Assembly: GCA_017654855.1 (NCBI GenBank)
Contig: JAFMPO010000001.1
Coordinates: 1,054,001 to 1,118,000 of the forward strand
Direction of reading: 5' to 3'
DNA length: 64,000 nucleotides
Source: Podospora anserina
Taxonomy: Eukaryota
Part shown: in pieces, positions 11,188 to 24,129 of the stretch
Numbering within the stretch: the first letter of the stretch is position 1
Layout of the letters: each line of letters begins with the position of its first letter
Position numbers and translations under genes: made by a program
Notes under the pieces: model-generated
Database searches by the model: none
Seen by the model: only the letters and a program-made list of their open reading frames with translations
Told to the model about the DNA's origin: nothing

Positions 11188-14100
11188 ATGGCACTTCGAG
11201 GGGGCCCTCGACTTCAGGTCGGGTCGGCCGCCTGGGTCGAGGAGGAACGGAACTCTGCCCTCGACATCGCCGAGTCAGAGATAGAAGAATTCTCTTTCTC
11301 GGCGCGAAATGAGTTAGATTGGTTGAATGAGCACATGGCCGAGATTTTCTCAGAAAACCAGATGTATGGTCTTGCATGATGATTTAGCACGACGATGGAA
11401 ATGCTGCTGACTACATTTGACAGGAATGTCGCTGAACTCTTCAAAACACCCGGAAAATTGCGTGGGAAAACGCCCATGACAACACGGAAAATCAGACCCT
11501 TGGAAACTCGCGTGGTAGGCAAATGTGGTTGGAGGCGGATATGACGCGTCAAATGCTAACTGGTATCTTGAAGCCACTGTCCGATGTCTTTTCATCAACA
11601 CCAAAGGACGCGCCTAATTCATTCAGCAGCACTCAACGTCAAAGCCCAGCGCGATTGCCACAATTTCAGGTAGCCGAAGACAAGCCCGAGCCCACAGTTT
11701 CCAAGAGTACCAGCCCAGCAAGGATTTTAGCGCCCCCTCCTGCCCTAGCTGTTGCGGCCCCATCTTCCCTCCTGTTCACGGACTCCGGTTATCATGGCAG
11801 CCAAAGTTGCGACACGGTGAATTTGGATTATTGTGACAAGGACGATGACGTCGATATGGTCGACAGCCCACAGCCTGATGTCGAGACAGGAGATGGCGAA
11901 CCCAATGTCCCCAGCGGTCTTGCAGAACAACCGAGTCCAACTCTGACGTTCGCCGAGGACGAATTTGACGCTGCTGATGAGAACGAGACACGCCAGCCTA
12001 CAACCTATGCCTCAGCCAGTGGTGGCTTCTCTTCGGAAATGGGACAATCCAGCAGTCCTGTTGTGGTTCGAACTAAACTCGCAATGATGTCGCCAAGAGT
12101 ACCATCTCCTAAAAAGACCGAACACCCTGCCAGGTTGTCACCCGTCAGAACATCACCGCAGAGGCAAGCGCCGACGAAGCCAGCGTCGCCCCAGAAGTCG
12201 TCTTCATCGCCTCGAAAACCATCCCCTCCAAAATCGTCGCCTGTAAAGCAGACCACGTCTAGTCTTCCGAGGGGTTTCCCGAAGCCTACGGAACATTTTT
12301 CTAGCGAAAGACACGAGGAGTCGGAGGAGGATGCCGAGGATGCTAGGTCACCATCAGAGGCCTCAAGTCCCATCAGGCCATTGGTGCGCAAGAGCAGTCT
12401 GAGCTTCGCCTCTCTGCCCGCCCGCGAGCCATTGGCCTCTAAGAGCGGCAGCCGGATATCTAGGACGAGCCATTTGGATTTCAGTCGCCCAAGCTTCTAT
12501 AATCGCCACACTGGTGGCAAGAGCCTGGGCAACACCAGACAATACTCAGATGATGATGACAATGAGGACATGGATGTCGACGAGGAGCTCACTGCTCAGC
12601 TGGAAAACACCACCAGGATAGCGGAACACAGCAAGACTTACACTCAGCTGTTGCATGATCAGATCAGCATGTTGGGCAAGTCTCAGACTGCTGGCCCAAG
12701 ACCTTCCAAATCACTGGCGAATCTCTTCGTTCCGCCAGCAGGTCAGACGCAGGCCAACTTGGGATCCGTTACAGAAGCCAAGCTGAAACAATCACCCGCA
12801 AAACCGAATGCACCAGCTCCTACTCCCGGAGCATTCCCAGTGGACGATGACGAGGACTGGATCGCGGCCCCAAGTAATGTTGTCACTACAGCCCCTGCCG
12901 TGGTGCCATATAACCCTCGTCCTGAACTCCGCAAGAGCCTCTCCGTCGAAGATATGGAGAATGTGGCAGGCAAGTCGTCGGTGAGCGATACTGAGCATGA
13001 TATGCCCCCCAGCAGCCCCGCCACCGCTTGGAAAGCCCAAGCTAGCCCACAGTGGCAGAACAGCACTCCGGGGCATTCGAAGTCCGCATCTGTGCCTGCT
13101 TTTCCGACACTTGCGCAACTTGAGGGCGGTGATGGTGCTACTCTCAAAAAGATCGTGACGGCAACCCAGCCAACTCTGCCCTCTGTCGAAGAGGATGGTC
13201 GCATGCCAACACCCAGCAAATCGCCTACTCGCAGTGCTTTCCGAGACAACCCCCTGAAGCAGGTTAAGAATAAGCTGTCTTCCCTGTTGAGTAGCGCCAA
13301 GAACTTGAATGTAAGAAGCGCAGCCATCAGTGCTGAAGGCAAAGCTATGATCTCACCTTCCACTGTGCAGCTTGGTATTCATCCAGGACCATCTGTTGAG
13401 TCTTTCAGATCGGTAGACAACGTGATGTACCCCGACCTCACACAGCAGCTTTCATCCACTTCCCGACCACTGAGTCCAGTCAGGTCCAACAGCACCCGGA
13501 GAACTAGAGCGTCTACCGAACGAGAGAAGATCGAGGCCAAGGAGCGGGAGAAGGATTCTAGAGCCAAAGAGAAGGAGATGAAAGAGGTGAGGCGAGCAGA
13601 AAAAGAACTGGAGAAGTTGGATAAGGCACGTAAACAAGAGGACGAAAAGGCGCGCGTGTTCAGCAAAGAGCAGGAAAGACTTGCTGCCATGGAAAAGCAA
13701 GTGGCCCTGCAGAAGGACCGAGAGCAAGAGCAACAACAAGCACGTGCAGAACAAGCTCGCGCCGCTCATTCTCAGTACCGACCCCAACCCCAGGATTTAC
13801 AAACACCGGCACCATCACGAAAGGCACTTCCGAAGGCGCTTCCCAAGTCGACCCGAACCAGCCCGGGAAGGGCCAACCGCCAAGCCGATGATCAAGGTCT
13901 CTCTGATGAGGGTGATGTCGATATGGCCGATGCGACCTCGACAGTCACTATGGCGATGCCCCCGTCTTCCATTCAGCGACCCACGACTGCATCGTCAGTC
14001 AGGACGCAGGGCATCAAGCGCCCAGTCAAGCCAACCAAGGAGACGCTCTCTAAGACGACTCGACAAGCGCCAACCGTCATGCGCGTTTATCCTCCCAGTT

Positions 14101-15440
14101 CTCAACAGTCTCAGTTCCATCCTTCAAATAGCGTCCTGGCCTCCAACCTCCAAGAGACATTAGGTCAGCCACAGCAGCAGCCACCAATGCATGTGAAGAA
14201 CAAGACCAGCCAGAGTTCATTGAACGAGAAGAAGTCATTGCCCAATCTCAAGACATCAGCCTCTTCGGCGGCCTTGAAACGGAAGGAGCAAGAGGAGCGC
14301 GAGGCTCAACGGAAGCGTGATGCCAAAGCCGAGCTTGAACGGAAACGCATTGCTGCCCAGAAGCAAGAGCAACAGAGGGAGCGTATTGAAAAAGCCAAGG
14401 CCACCAGAGCACCCCCTCCGGCTGTTAGGTCACAGCCGAACGGGCCTCCTGATTACAGCATGGCAGACAAGGTTCCTGTGCGGCCTCCTTCTCGGCTGGG
14501 TTCCACTATGCATCAGGAAAGTCGACTTGTCAATCAGAGTTTGGCAAGCGGGAAAGCGCCTATGAAGCGTCCACACCAGCAAGAGAATGAGGGCTTTTCC
14601 AAATCCAAGTCACAAAAGACCACCCAGGAGACCAAACCTATCAGAGTGAGCGAGGACTTTGACCAAGACATTGAGATGGCCGACAGCCAGCAGCGGACAA
14701 TGAAGCCACCGTCTATGAGGCCGTCGGCTGGGTTTAAGGTGAGTCGACCGGCAGGCCCCGTGGCGGTTGTAATCTGGGAGGATGCTAAACGGATCACTCA
14801 GGACCCTTCCAACAAGTCCATGTTCTCGACAGGCTATGCCAACGTGCCTCCGCCCAGTGCGAGTAGAGACCTTTTCAAGGCCACCGTCACAGCACAGCAT
14901 CACAGCACCGTCAAGCCGGCTTTGCACAACACAGCCCAATTCGCCAAAGGTGCCATTCCCTTTGCGCCCAACCGCCCTACAGGACAGGCGGCAAATCCCC
15001 ACAAGACCCCTGCTCGGCCTGGCGCTGGTGGTATTCCAAAGTCAGTCAACAGGACTGCGACTCGGTCATCTCCCCGTTTCCAGAACGGCGAGGCTATTGA
15101 ACTCCCTGAGATTCAGACGGATGACGATGACGATGATGAAGACGAGCATATCATGGTGGCCGATTGGGCAGATTCACCAGCTCTCAAACAGGCATTGCTG
15201 GCACAAGAACGCATGGACCCCATGCAAGTCTTTGGACCACCGGCCCCACTCAACATGGAGGAGGTATTTAGCAAGAGCAAGGACAGATGGCACAGATTCA
15301 GGGCGAGAACGAGCTCGGCCAACTGGAGTGGAACGGATAGGTTGACAGAAGACGAAGTCAGAAAGGATAATATGGCCAGAGACAAGATGAGACGGGATGG
15401 TGGGTGGAGTTACGAGTTGTCCAAAGACATTTCAGGATAA
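11188..15440 (+). CDS. Inner centromere protein INCENP (chromosomal passenger complex)
   Basis: N-terminal EFSFSARNELDWLNEHMAEIF..FKTPGKLRGKTP, S/P-rich body, coiled coil and C-terminal IN-box (ELPEIQTDDD..WADSP..FRARTSSANW). Introns 11364-11423, 11515-11573, 14739-14801. Confidence 0.9.
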
Positions 15441-16309
15441 CATTCTGAGGGGAGATGCATTGTTGGGAGTTTCATTGTTTTAATCTTTCGGTAACAAGTG
15501 TATCATATATGTTGTGGGGAATTAGAGATATCAAGGCAAGGGTCTCATAACGACAAAGGTGTTTCCATGTACATCTCGGGAATGAATGGTCAGCATGACG
15601 GAGCGCATGGAAGGAAAGATATCAAGTTTGAATAGGAGTATGCTATGTATGGCCGGCCCTGTTGAACTTCAATCTGGCGCCACTTGCAATCTTGTTCTGT
15701 GTCTTGCTTATGTCCGATGTGTTTCGTTAGCGGATTTCGTCGTCACAACCCTAACCCGGACGATGCCTTGATGTTCTTCACACGTCCTTCGCATCTTGAA
15801 GTAAAAGACCCGTTCCATGTTTGAGGTGTTCGTAGGATGCCCAGAGTTGGCTTGCTGAGTACGCATCACACTGTTGTTATGCAAGCTGACGTTACGAGGG
15901 TTCTCGGGTTCTGGCAGATGACAAGTTCATCTCCCCCACGATAGTATAGCATAGCCTCAGCCCATCCGGGACTGGTCATCCTATCATTTAAATGTCCCGT
16001 GACCTGATGCTTCAGCACAATAGTCACTGGAACCATTTCTGGCCCTCAAGATCTCCAATCTGAATATGATGGAGGGGGGAAGAACACCTCGTGCGGAGAT
16101 ATCATGCAATGATGATCAAGTGGAAATGAATGGGCGGGACTGAGGGCAACAGAATGATGGTGATAGTAGGATCTTAGGTGGGTAGTCCTAGGTTCAAGAA
16201 GAGGCGCCGATTATTACCCCGCAACCCACAAGTATGGGGTGAAAGGATTCGGATGAACTCCTACTTGTGAGATATAGCGGCAACAAGTGGTGATGACAGT
16301 TAGGACGCC

Positions 16310-17582
16310 TCACCGCTTTTCGCTCTCTTTCCTCTCAAGCAGCATCTCTTGCAGCTTTTGTACAAAGTACTATAGACACAGCTACCCTGCCTCGCCGGCC
16401 CAGGTTCACCAGCTTGAAAAAGGAAAAGCCAGTGGACCAGGCAGGGCGGGAACAGGGGACCAGCAGGTACGTCATATTCACTGTGACGCTGGTGTAAATA
16501 GAGCACGCGCTAATGGCGCCCCCCCTCCACGCCTTGCTCCCAGTTGCCCTTGACAGCTGAAGTAGACCCCACCTAATTGTTTCGATCAAGTGAGCTGCGG
16601 CAGGCGCCCTCTTTTTTGACTGTTGACCTGGCTGGAGATTGAGCACACTCCGAACAATACTAGGGTCGAGGTGCAAGAAGAGGTTACTACATACTCGGTG
16701 TCTTTTGTCATTATTTTGAAAAGCAGTCACTCTTTTCTCCGCATTCCAGAACCGGCGGTTTCCAGCTTGGCAGTTCCTGTCTCGCCTTCCTGTTGGTGAG
16801 TGAGGTAAGCCGAGCGACACGAGGATTGGGACTTACTGCCAGCGCGCGGCGTGTTTGTGTTCCCAAACGCATGCGCCTGTTCGAATTGCGGCTAACCACA
16901 AACCAACATTCGCAGTTTTCCAACACGCACCGAATATTCTCTGCGGAAACGGCTCGACTTGTCAGCACGACATCCTGCAAGCTCCTTCCACCTCTCATCA
17001 CTTGCCTCCAACTGCTGGCTCCGCCGAGACCGAGTTCCTGCTCCCACCCAGCCAGCCCACTTTCGACTTTCATTTTTTTGTCCAATATTTGCCCCACCAA
17101 ATAGTTCACGGTTTTGCGACTCGATCCCTACCCTCAACGTACTGTCACGGTTCCGCGACCTCCAAACAAACCCCTCGAGTTGCCTCTGTGCTAAACAACG
17201 CGTGCGAAGCTGTGCTTGAACGCGGCACCATTCCCACGTCGACACGATCTGGTTTCCCGCCCCCGCCCACGACAACTGCGTCGGGCCCCAATTGCCAGTC
17301 GACTATCCGACCATCCGGCACCGTTTGCCTTCACCCGGAATCAAACGGGCTCGGCCAGACAAGGGGGCCACCAAGTTTGTCCCCTTGCATAGCCAAGGCA
17401 ACAGACAGTTCGCCATTTTGCTCTTTCACTGTTTGCTTGGGGATTTCCGACTTGGAACTTAGAGTGGAGGAAATTCTTCACCAACTTCGAATCTAAGCGC
17501 TTGCAAAAGTTGTTCCTACAGTTGGTATCTTTGGCAGGAAGGGGGACAGGTAGGGCGTGCCCTAGCCCAATATCAGATCACA
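16310..17582 (+). other. Long spliced 5' leader of the J-domain gene (two UTR introns; 5' end approximate)
   Basis: Canonical introns 16467-16543 (GTACGT..GCTAAT..CAG) and 16805-16915 (GTAAGC..GCTAAC..CAG). No ATG in the exonic parts. Confidence 0.65.
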
Positions 17583-20500
17583 ATGGTCAAGCCAGATTTC
17601 GAACGCGATTACTATGCCGATCTCGAACTCCCATCCATGTCCGAGATCGAAGTGGTCAAAAAGCAATTCAAGAAGCTCGGTAGGAACCACCAAACTGGCT
17701 ACTATTCAACATGATTTCGTGCTAACAACTCTTACGCAGCTCTTAAGTATCATCCAGATCGCAACATTGGCAACGAAGAACTATCGAAGGATAAGTTTGT
17801 GCTCATCCAAACAGCCCATGAGATCTTGACCGACCCCTCGCAAAAAGCAAAGTACGATGCCCACCGCGCGCGCTTGGGGCGATGGAGCGCCGCCTACGGC
17901 GGTGCGTCAGGCGTCAGAGGCAACCCATACATGAATACCTCTCAAGATATAAACTCGAAGTTTGGCGCACCTCCGCAGAGACGACCTCCGATGCCCACCC
18001 GGCCGACTACCACAGCCAGCACCGGGGGAGCTTCAAGATACTCGCAATGGCAGGCAAAGCCAAAGACGAAGACGGAGTCAATGAGGGAACAATCGAAATC
18101 GGAGGCTTGGGAAAGGTCCAGGGCATCAAATCCGCAAACTGCCTACGGGGCAACGCGCCCGGTCCCACCGAGACCGAGAGATGCTCCTCCGACCCCGAGG
18201 AGCGCGGCTCAGGAAAGACGGCAACAGGCTGCCTTTGGTGGAAACTCAACAAGGAAGACAGGATTTACACCATCATCACCAACAGGCGACGAACCGCCGG
18301 TTAAAAATCATCACTACAACACGTACACAGCCTCAGGGAGCACCTCAGCAGCCGGCGCTGCCCCTACTGACAAACCTCGGCCGACGTCTGAGTACGTTGA
18401 CCCACTGACCCAACAATTCGGCGACACCTTCTTGGATAATCGGCAGAGCACGCCTTATGCTACCAATGTGGGGGAAAAGTTTAACCCATTCGAGCCTCTG
18501 AACGTCAACCGGGCCAAGAGCATGAAGGACAACGCGCGCAAGAATCCCGCTGAGGCGCCGCCTGCACCTCCTAATCGCCAACGAAGTGCCAGCGTGGGTT
18601 CTGACGGTTTCCGACGATCGAGCAATGAGAAGCCGCCATATCATGAGACAGCCACCAACCCCCGCTTTCCAGCTCAATCAAAGGCCAGCGCCCGGTACAG
18701 CCCCCGAACTGCGCAGCCGCCTGACTCCGCACCACCGACTACGGCTGGGTTTGGCGGAGCCGCCACCAGCTCTACCTCATCAGTCAATAGTAGCGCAAAC
18801 GGTGAGACCCGAACCTGTTAGAAATGAACTTGTGCGTTGCTAACGTCATAAAGCCACAGTAAACGGAGGAGCTTCTGCTCAGGCCAAGCCTGGCCCCAAG
18901 GTGTATGCCGCACCCCTTTCTTCTCGTTACCCCTATCCGGACTATTTCAGCAGAGTTTCTCAGATTCCGCCTCCGTGTGGGTGGACTGGTGAGAAGTCTT
19001 GCCCTCGTAATACTGGATCTGGCGCTACCAAGCCTGGCGTCAACCACCCTCCAGAGAGCTCTCACGGCTACGATGCTTACAGTAAAATCAAGTACTCCTT
19101 CGCTTCCAGCGCGCAGCACAGCATGTATGAAACTCCAAGTGGAGTCCAGCGGGCTGGTTCTCGCTCGAGTCTTTTCGAAGACGACTTGACCGACCAACTG
19201 AATGTGTTGCTGGCCAAGAAGGGGACAAACTCTTCACGGAAACGCCCCAGACCAACTCAGGATGGGCAACAACCACAAAGGCCTACGTGTGATGCTAACG
19301 CCGGTCAAACTGTCAGTTTCGCGGTGCCCGACGACGATGACGACCCGACCTCTCCCATCCAAACAGCCCGGTTCGCGAGACACAGCGCCGATAATATCAA
19401 TACGAAGTTTGTCGCCGAAGACAAGGGTAGGTTTGAGTTCAGCGCTGGGAGTGATTTTGAGGCTTCGCCCAGCTCTCCGCTAGATAATGCCTTTACGAGA
19501 GCGAGACGCCGTGGCCGACAATCCCCACTGCGACAAGATTCCGGGACCTCATACGAAGCATTTACCAATGCATCCCCGAAACCAGCAGCAGCCATGCCTC
19601 AGCAAGAGGCTGCTCCGAAGCTGAGTGCCTTCGATGCCAAGAAGTGGGAGGAATTGAGCAAGGTCAACATCTTTAATCCAACAGCGGCTCAGAGGTCATC
19701 AGTGTCACCTACTCGACCAGTCAAACCTCTCAAGAAGACTCGGGGCGGAGGAGTTCGCCTAACAGCAGGACCGGCTGGAATGGCAGAGGAGGACGATAGT
19801 AGTGGTGAGGACCGAGCACAGGCAGGTACCGGAAGAGCCAACGCCAGTGGTCCCAAAAGCCCCAACGCCATGGATATCGACCCTCCCGTTTCTGAAACGA
19901 CAGCTCAACAACCGCCTGCGGCCAACGAAGCCCGACCCATCCCTGTTGAACCGACGAAGCCGGAGTGGCGAGCTGGCCATGTTGGCACCACTGCAACCGC
20001 TGCTCCGCCTCTGCCTCCAAAGGTCAACGGTACACAGAAGATGCCCAAAGTGAACCCAACTCACGCAGGGTCCGAAGACACGGACGACTTTATGAGACCG
20101 AATGTGTTTGCAGACTTTGAGAATGTTGCGCCTTTCAGCCAGAAAGCAACAGGACTGAACTCATTTGCCGATTTGGGCCAAAGCCTGCCATTCCAATCCA
20201 GACCCTCAGCCACAATTCCCATACCTCAGATGAAGCCTACGCCGCTTTCCTGTCCACCTGTTCCCCAAGCACCCAAAGTTCCGACAACACTTGCTTTTGG
20301 CGGTGTCAAGTTAGGGAGCCCAGCTTGGAATACATATACCAAGGAGTTTGAGGCCTACATGATTGCTTGGTCTCAATGGAACGGCACGATGTTGACACAC
20401 TTTTCTACACGCCAGGCTCAACAAAACTCGGCGGGCTTCTCATGGGTCAGTGCTATGGGTGACAATGGTTATCAGGAATATGTCAACTCGCTGGAGCAGG

Positions 20501-20598
20501 ACAAGCCACTCAGACAAAAGTGGCTAGCCGCATGCGAGAACCATGAGCTGCAGTTCAAAGAGTTTCAGAAGATGCGGCAGGGGTTGATGAGGAATTAG
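17583..20598 (+). CDS. DnaJ (J-domain) protein with long disordered tail
   Basis: DYYADLEL..KKQFKKLALKYHPDRN (HPD) ..IQTAHEILTDP. Introns 17680-17739 and 18802-~18859; probable optional intron 18903-19316. Confidence 0.85.
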
Positions 20599-21572
20599 GA
20601 GGCTTGAAGGCATCGGGTATCCTGAAGGTAATGGCGCCCTGCGACTGCGTTTTCATCACCCTCACCCGGCTCCTAAAATTGCTTCGATGCCGCCTGAACT
20701 GCGGTAACGCAACAGCAGGAAGACAAGTGGGCATCTTCAGCTGCGAAGCCCAGCCATCATTATCCAAGGTTCGGTTTCAAGCCGTTATGTGACCTACCGT
20801 TACGCTCAGCTGTATCTTCGGCTAAAGGGATGTCAGCTTGTGGGAAATGACGAGCATGACCGCATAGTTTTGTTCTCCCGGGAGGACACCGAGTAGCAAA
20901 AGTGCGGAAATGTTACGCAGGCCTTTTGGTTGGAGCTTGGTCTGTCGATAGGAGAGCACGACATCCTCAAGCCGAGATACTTCCATCTATCATTATCAAG
21001 TAGGGGTTGGGTACGAGACGCCATCTCAAGAAAGATCGGGTTGGATGAAGGTTGATGTTCTATGGGCTTGGCTCGCTGCCGCTTTTCGGTGATAGTTCAG
21101 GCTATCCCTAATGTCACGGAGATCAGTGCGATGGCTCTTTTTGCGTTTCTAGGTTCTGGCAACAAGGCTTAAGGTTTGCTTGCCGTTGCTATCTTGCTAG
21201 ATTTGTTCTCTGCGAACTTGGCGAAACAAAATCGGGGAAGGGGGGATAGAAGCGGTTACCTAGAGGGATGCACATGAAACTAGATGAAATGGGGAGACGA
21301 GCTTTGGTTGGGTTATTTTTGTGTATAGTACTGTTAGATGGAGTTCTTGATTGCTGGATATTGTGGCTTGGTGCGTGTCGATGCAGGTTACCATCTCTTT
21401 CTGCGTAATGGCTCAAGAAGAAGACGAGAAGATCAAGTTCCCTCCTTGTTATGGACAGTCGAGGCTGATGTGTCTCATGGTGGCAAAGTTCGGCCCTAAC
21501 ATAGTGTGATGTTATTTCTACCTATCAGAGTCGCCCCTCCAAAAACACCCACCTTGTTACCCTTGACGACAG

Positions 21573-23073
21573 CTATCGAGTCTCGCCTGACAAACCCCTC
21601 AACACACGCCCCAATCTCCTTACCCCCTCTGTGATCTTGTGCTCCTCCTCCCAAGAGAAACTCAACCTGATATTCCCCCTAAACTTCGCCCCTTCCTCAT
21701 CTCCCCTCACCTCAAACATCTCCCCCTCTGCCACGATCAACTCCTCCTCTTGCCTGGCCTTTTGCGCCACCACCCTTGCGTCAAGCCCCCCCGGCAAAGT
21801 CAACCAAACAAAATACCCCCCAAACCTATCCCCATCCTGCGCAGCCACCGTCACCCCCAACTCTCCCAACTCCTGCTTGATCGTTTCCATGATGAGCTCA
21901 TGTCGTCTCCGCAGACCGGGCCTGACCGTTTCCTGCAGATGCTTCTCCAACTCCCCAGCCTTCATCACTTCAGCCAACAACGCAGCAGCAAACTGGCTGC
22001 CCGCGCCTCCCGACCTGGTCGCCCCCGTCTGGGACAGCCCCATGACGAAGTCTGGTGTGCCGTGAACCCACCCCGTCCTGAGACCGGGTCCCAGCAGTTT
22101 GGAGAAAGAGCCGTTGGAAATAACGTTGCCGAACCATTTCCCAGAGCTTGTTGCGGGCTCTGAGGGACCCAATGACAAGTCAATGTCTGAGAGGCGCGGG
22201 AGCAACGGGCCGAGGTCAGACGAGGGGGAGGCTGGCAGGATAGGCCATTGTAAAAAGTCGTAGACATCATCACTCACGACCAGCACATCGTGCCTTCTGG
22301 CGACTTTGACCAGTCGGTTTCTCTTCTCCAGCGTCATGGTCGTCCCAGAAGGGTTGGAGCACGTCGAAACGAGGTAGACAACATGGCGGTAGTGCTTTCT
22401 GTAGGGGCCGGCGTTTTTCCTTTCTGCTCCTTTGTGAGTTGGCTGGTGGTGCTGGGCCTCGTGCTTTTGAAGCAAAGTGTCCAGCAAGTCGATATCAATG
22501 CCCCCTTGCTGGTCCTCTGGCACGGCTTTTATGCGTCCTGGACCAAACCCGGCATCCTCAAAGATGGGACAGGCGAGGTAGTAGCAGGGCGCCGAGGCCC
22601 ATACTTTGTGACATTGACTGTCAGCATAACGTCTCTAAAAACTGGCCATGGGTGAGACACCTACCAGTCTGGGTGTAAGACGGGTCAGTAAAACTAGCCA
22701 GCACACATGCCAACCCCTGACTCGCGCCGCCGGTGATGCATATCTCCTCGCTCTTGGTGCTGGTTGAGTATTGCTTCTCCAGCCAGACAGCCAATTCCTC
22801 TCTGAGAGGCTGGTACCCCGGGTCTGGGCCGTATTGCAAGGCAGGAACGAACAGGGAGGGGTCAGAGAGGAGCGCCGTCGAGGCGGCCTGTAAAATGGAG
22901 GAAGATAACAAGGACGGGGAGGGCCAGCCTCTGAGAAAGTTGATGAGCTCCTTCTTGGAACTGGAAGCACCCCTTTCAGGGTCGAGTGTCTGGTTAGTGA
23001 CGTCTTGTAGTGGTGGCGTGGGTGAGGTGTATATGGAGTTTGAAATCGTCTTATCAGATGTTGTTGGCGCCAT
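21573..23073 (-). CDS. PLP-dependent class I/II aminotransferase (YER152C/MocR-like)
   Basis: INFLRGWP, LQYGPDPG, ITGGASQ, SNPSG, SDDVYDFL and the PLP-lysine motif GSFSKLLGPGLRTGW. Intron 22604-22664. Confidence 0.9.
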
Positions 23074-24129
23074 CTTGACCAAATCATGTAACCAATGGCA
23101 AGAAAACTGCGCGGTTCCAACTAAAGTGATGACTGAAGGCAAGAATGTAATGGCCAAGTCCGAGGTTTGATGTCGTGAGTGGAGAAAGGCCTCTTGACAA
23201 CAAAACACGACCAGAGGCGGAAGGAGGTGCGGGGCGAATGACAATTGTCTCCCCCGAAAAGGGCGACCAAATATTGACATGCGCATACTGACAAGTCATT
23301 GGTACCATACGAGGCGAGACTCGAAAAGAAACGTACCAAAATAATACATACAATCATGAGCTCATTTACTGCACTGAACTAATAAGTTACAATGTTACTC
23401 CAGTTGCCTACCGCCCCATGCTTCAGCTGAAAAACTCATGATGGAATTATGCCGTCCATACACTACAGATAAAAATGACAAGTCCTCATCCTTCTCTTGT
23501 ACACCCTTTGTTTTTTGATGGAAGACACCCGTGCTATAATGTGTCAAGAACATCCAGTTGTGCCCTGCCATCCTACCGGATTACCATTCCCTCCATTTTG
23601 GAATCCTTCCTAATGCAAATGTTCCAAAGGATGAAAGCCTGAACAAGCATCTGTTGCACTCATATCCCACTTTCCACGGTCCCACCCTTTTTGCCCTGTC
23701 TAACGGTTTGAGCTGCCATGTGAATCCAGAGAACCTGGCAGACAAACTCATTGCAGGGAGTTGACAGTCCCCACTCTTCCGTTCAACAAATGCATCCTCT
23801 AGTGGCCATGTTGGTGCGACAAAACAGGAGAAATCCGTGTTGCTTCGAAAGAAATCAACCAAGAAGTGGCCAGACTCCAGAAAATGCGACTGACTATGTC
23901 GCTGCAAAGAATGGGGCTGGCTCAGAAACTCGTACAGGACCGCCGCACCTCAGGCCACAGGTTCAACATAACGAAGGCCAGTATATCGCTTAGCCGTCAT
24001 ACTTAGTGCCGTGGTATCGTGCTTCGACTTCTACTTGTCGATAGAACGGAGTTGACGGCACCAAGGAAGAAAGAATTATACCACTGTGCTGGCCCGTTTT
24101 GCCACCATGTCAGCATCCACCCACTTCCT

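Noticed and set aside
14739-14801. Short in-frame stop-free introns (also in CHM7, NMA111 and KEI1)
   Set aside because: At about 60 nt this is common by chance; treated as ordinary introns.
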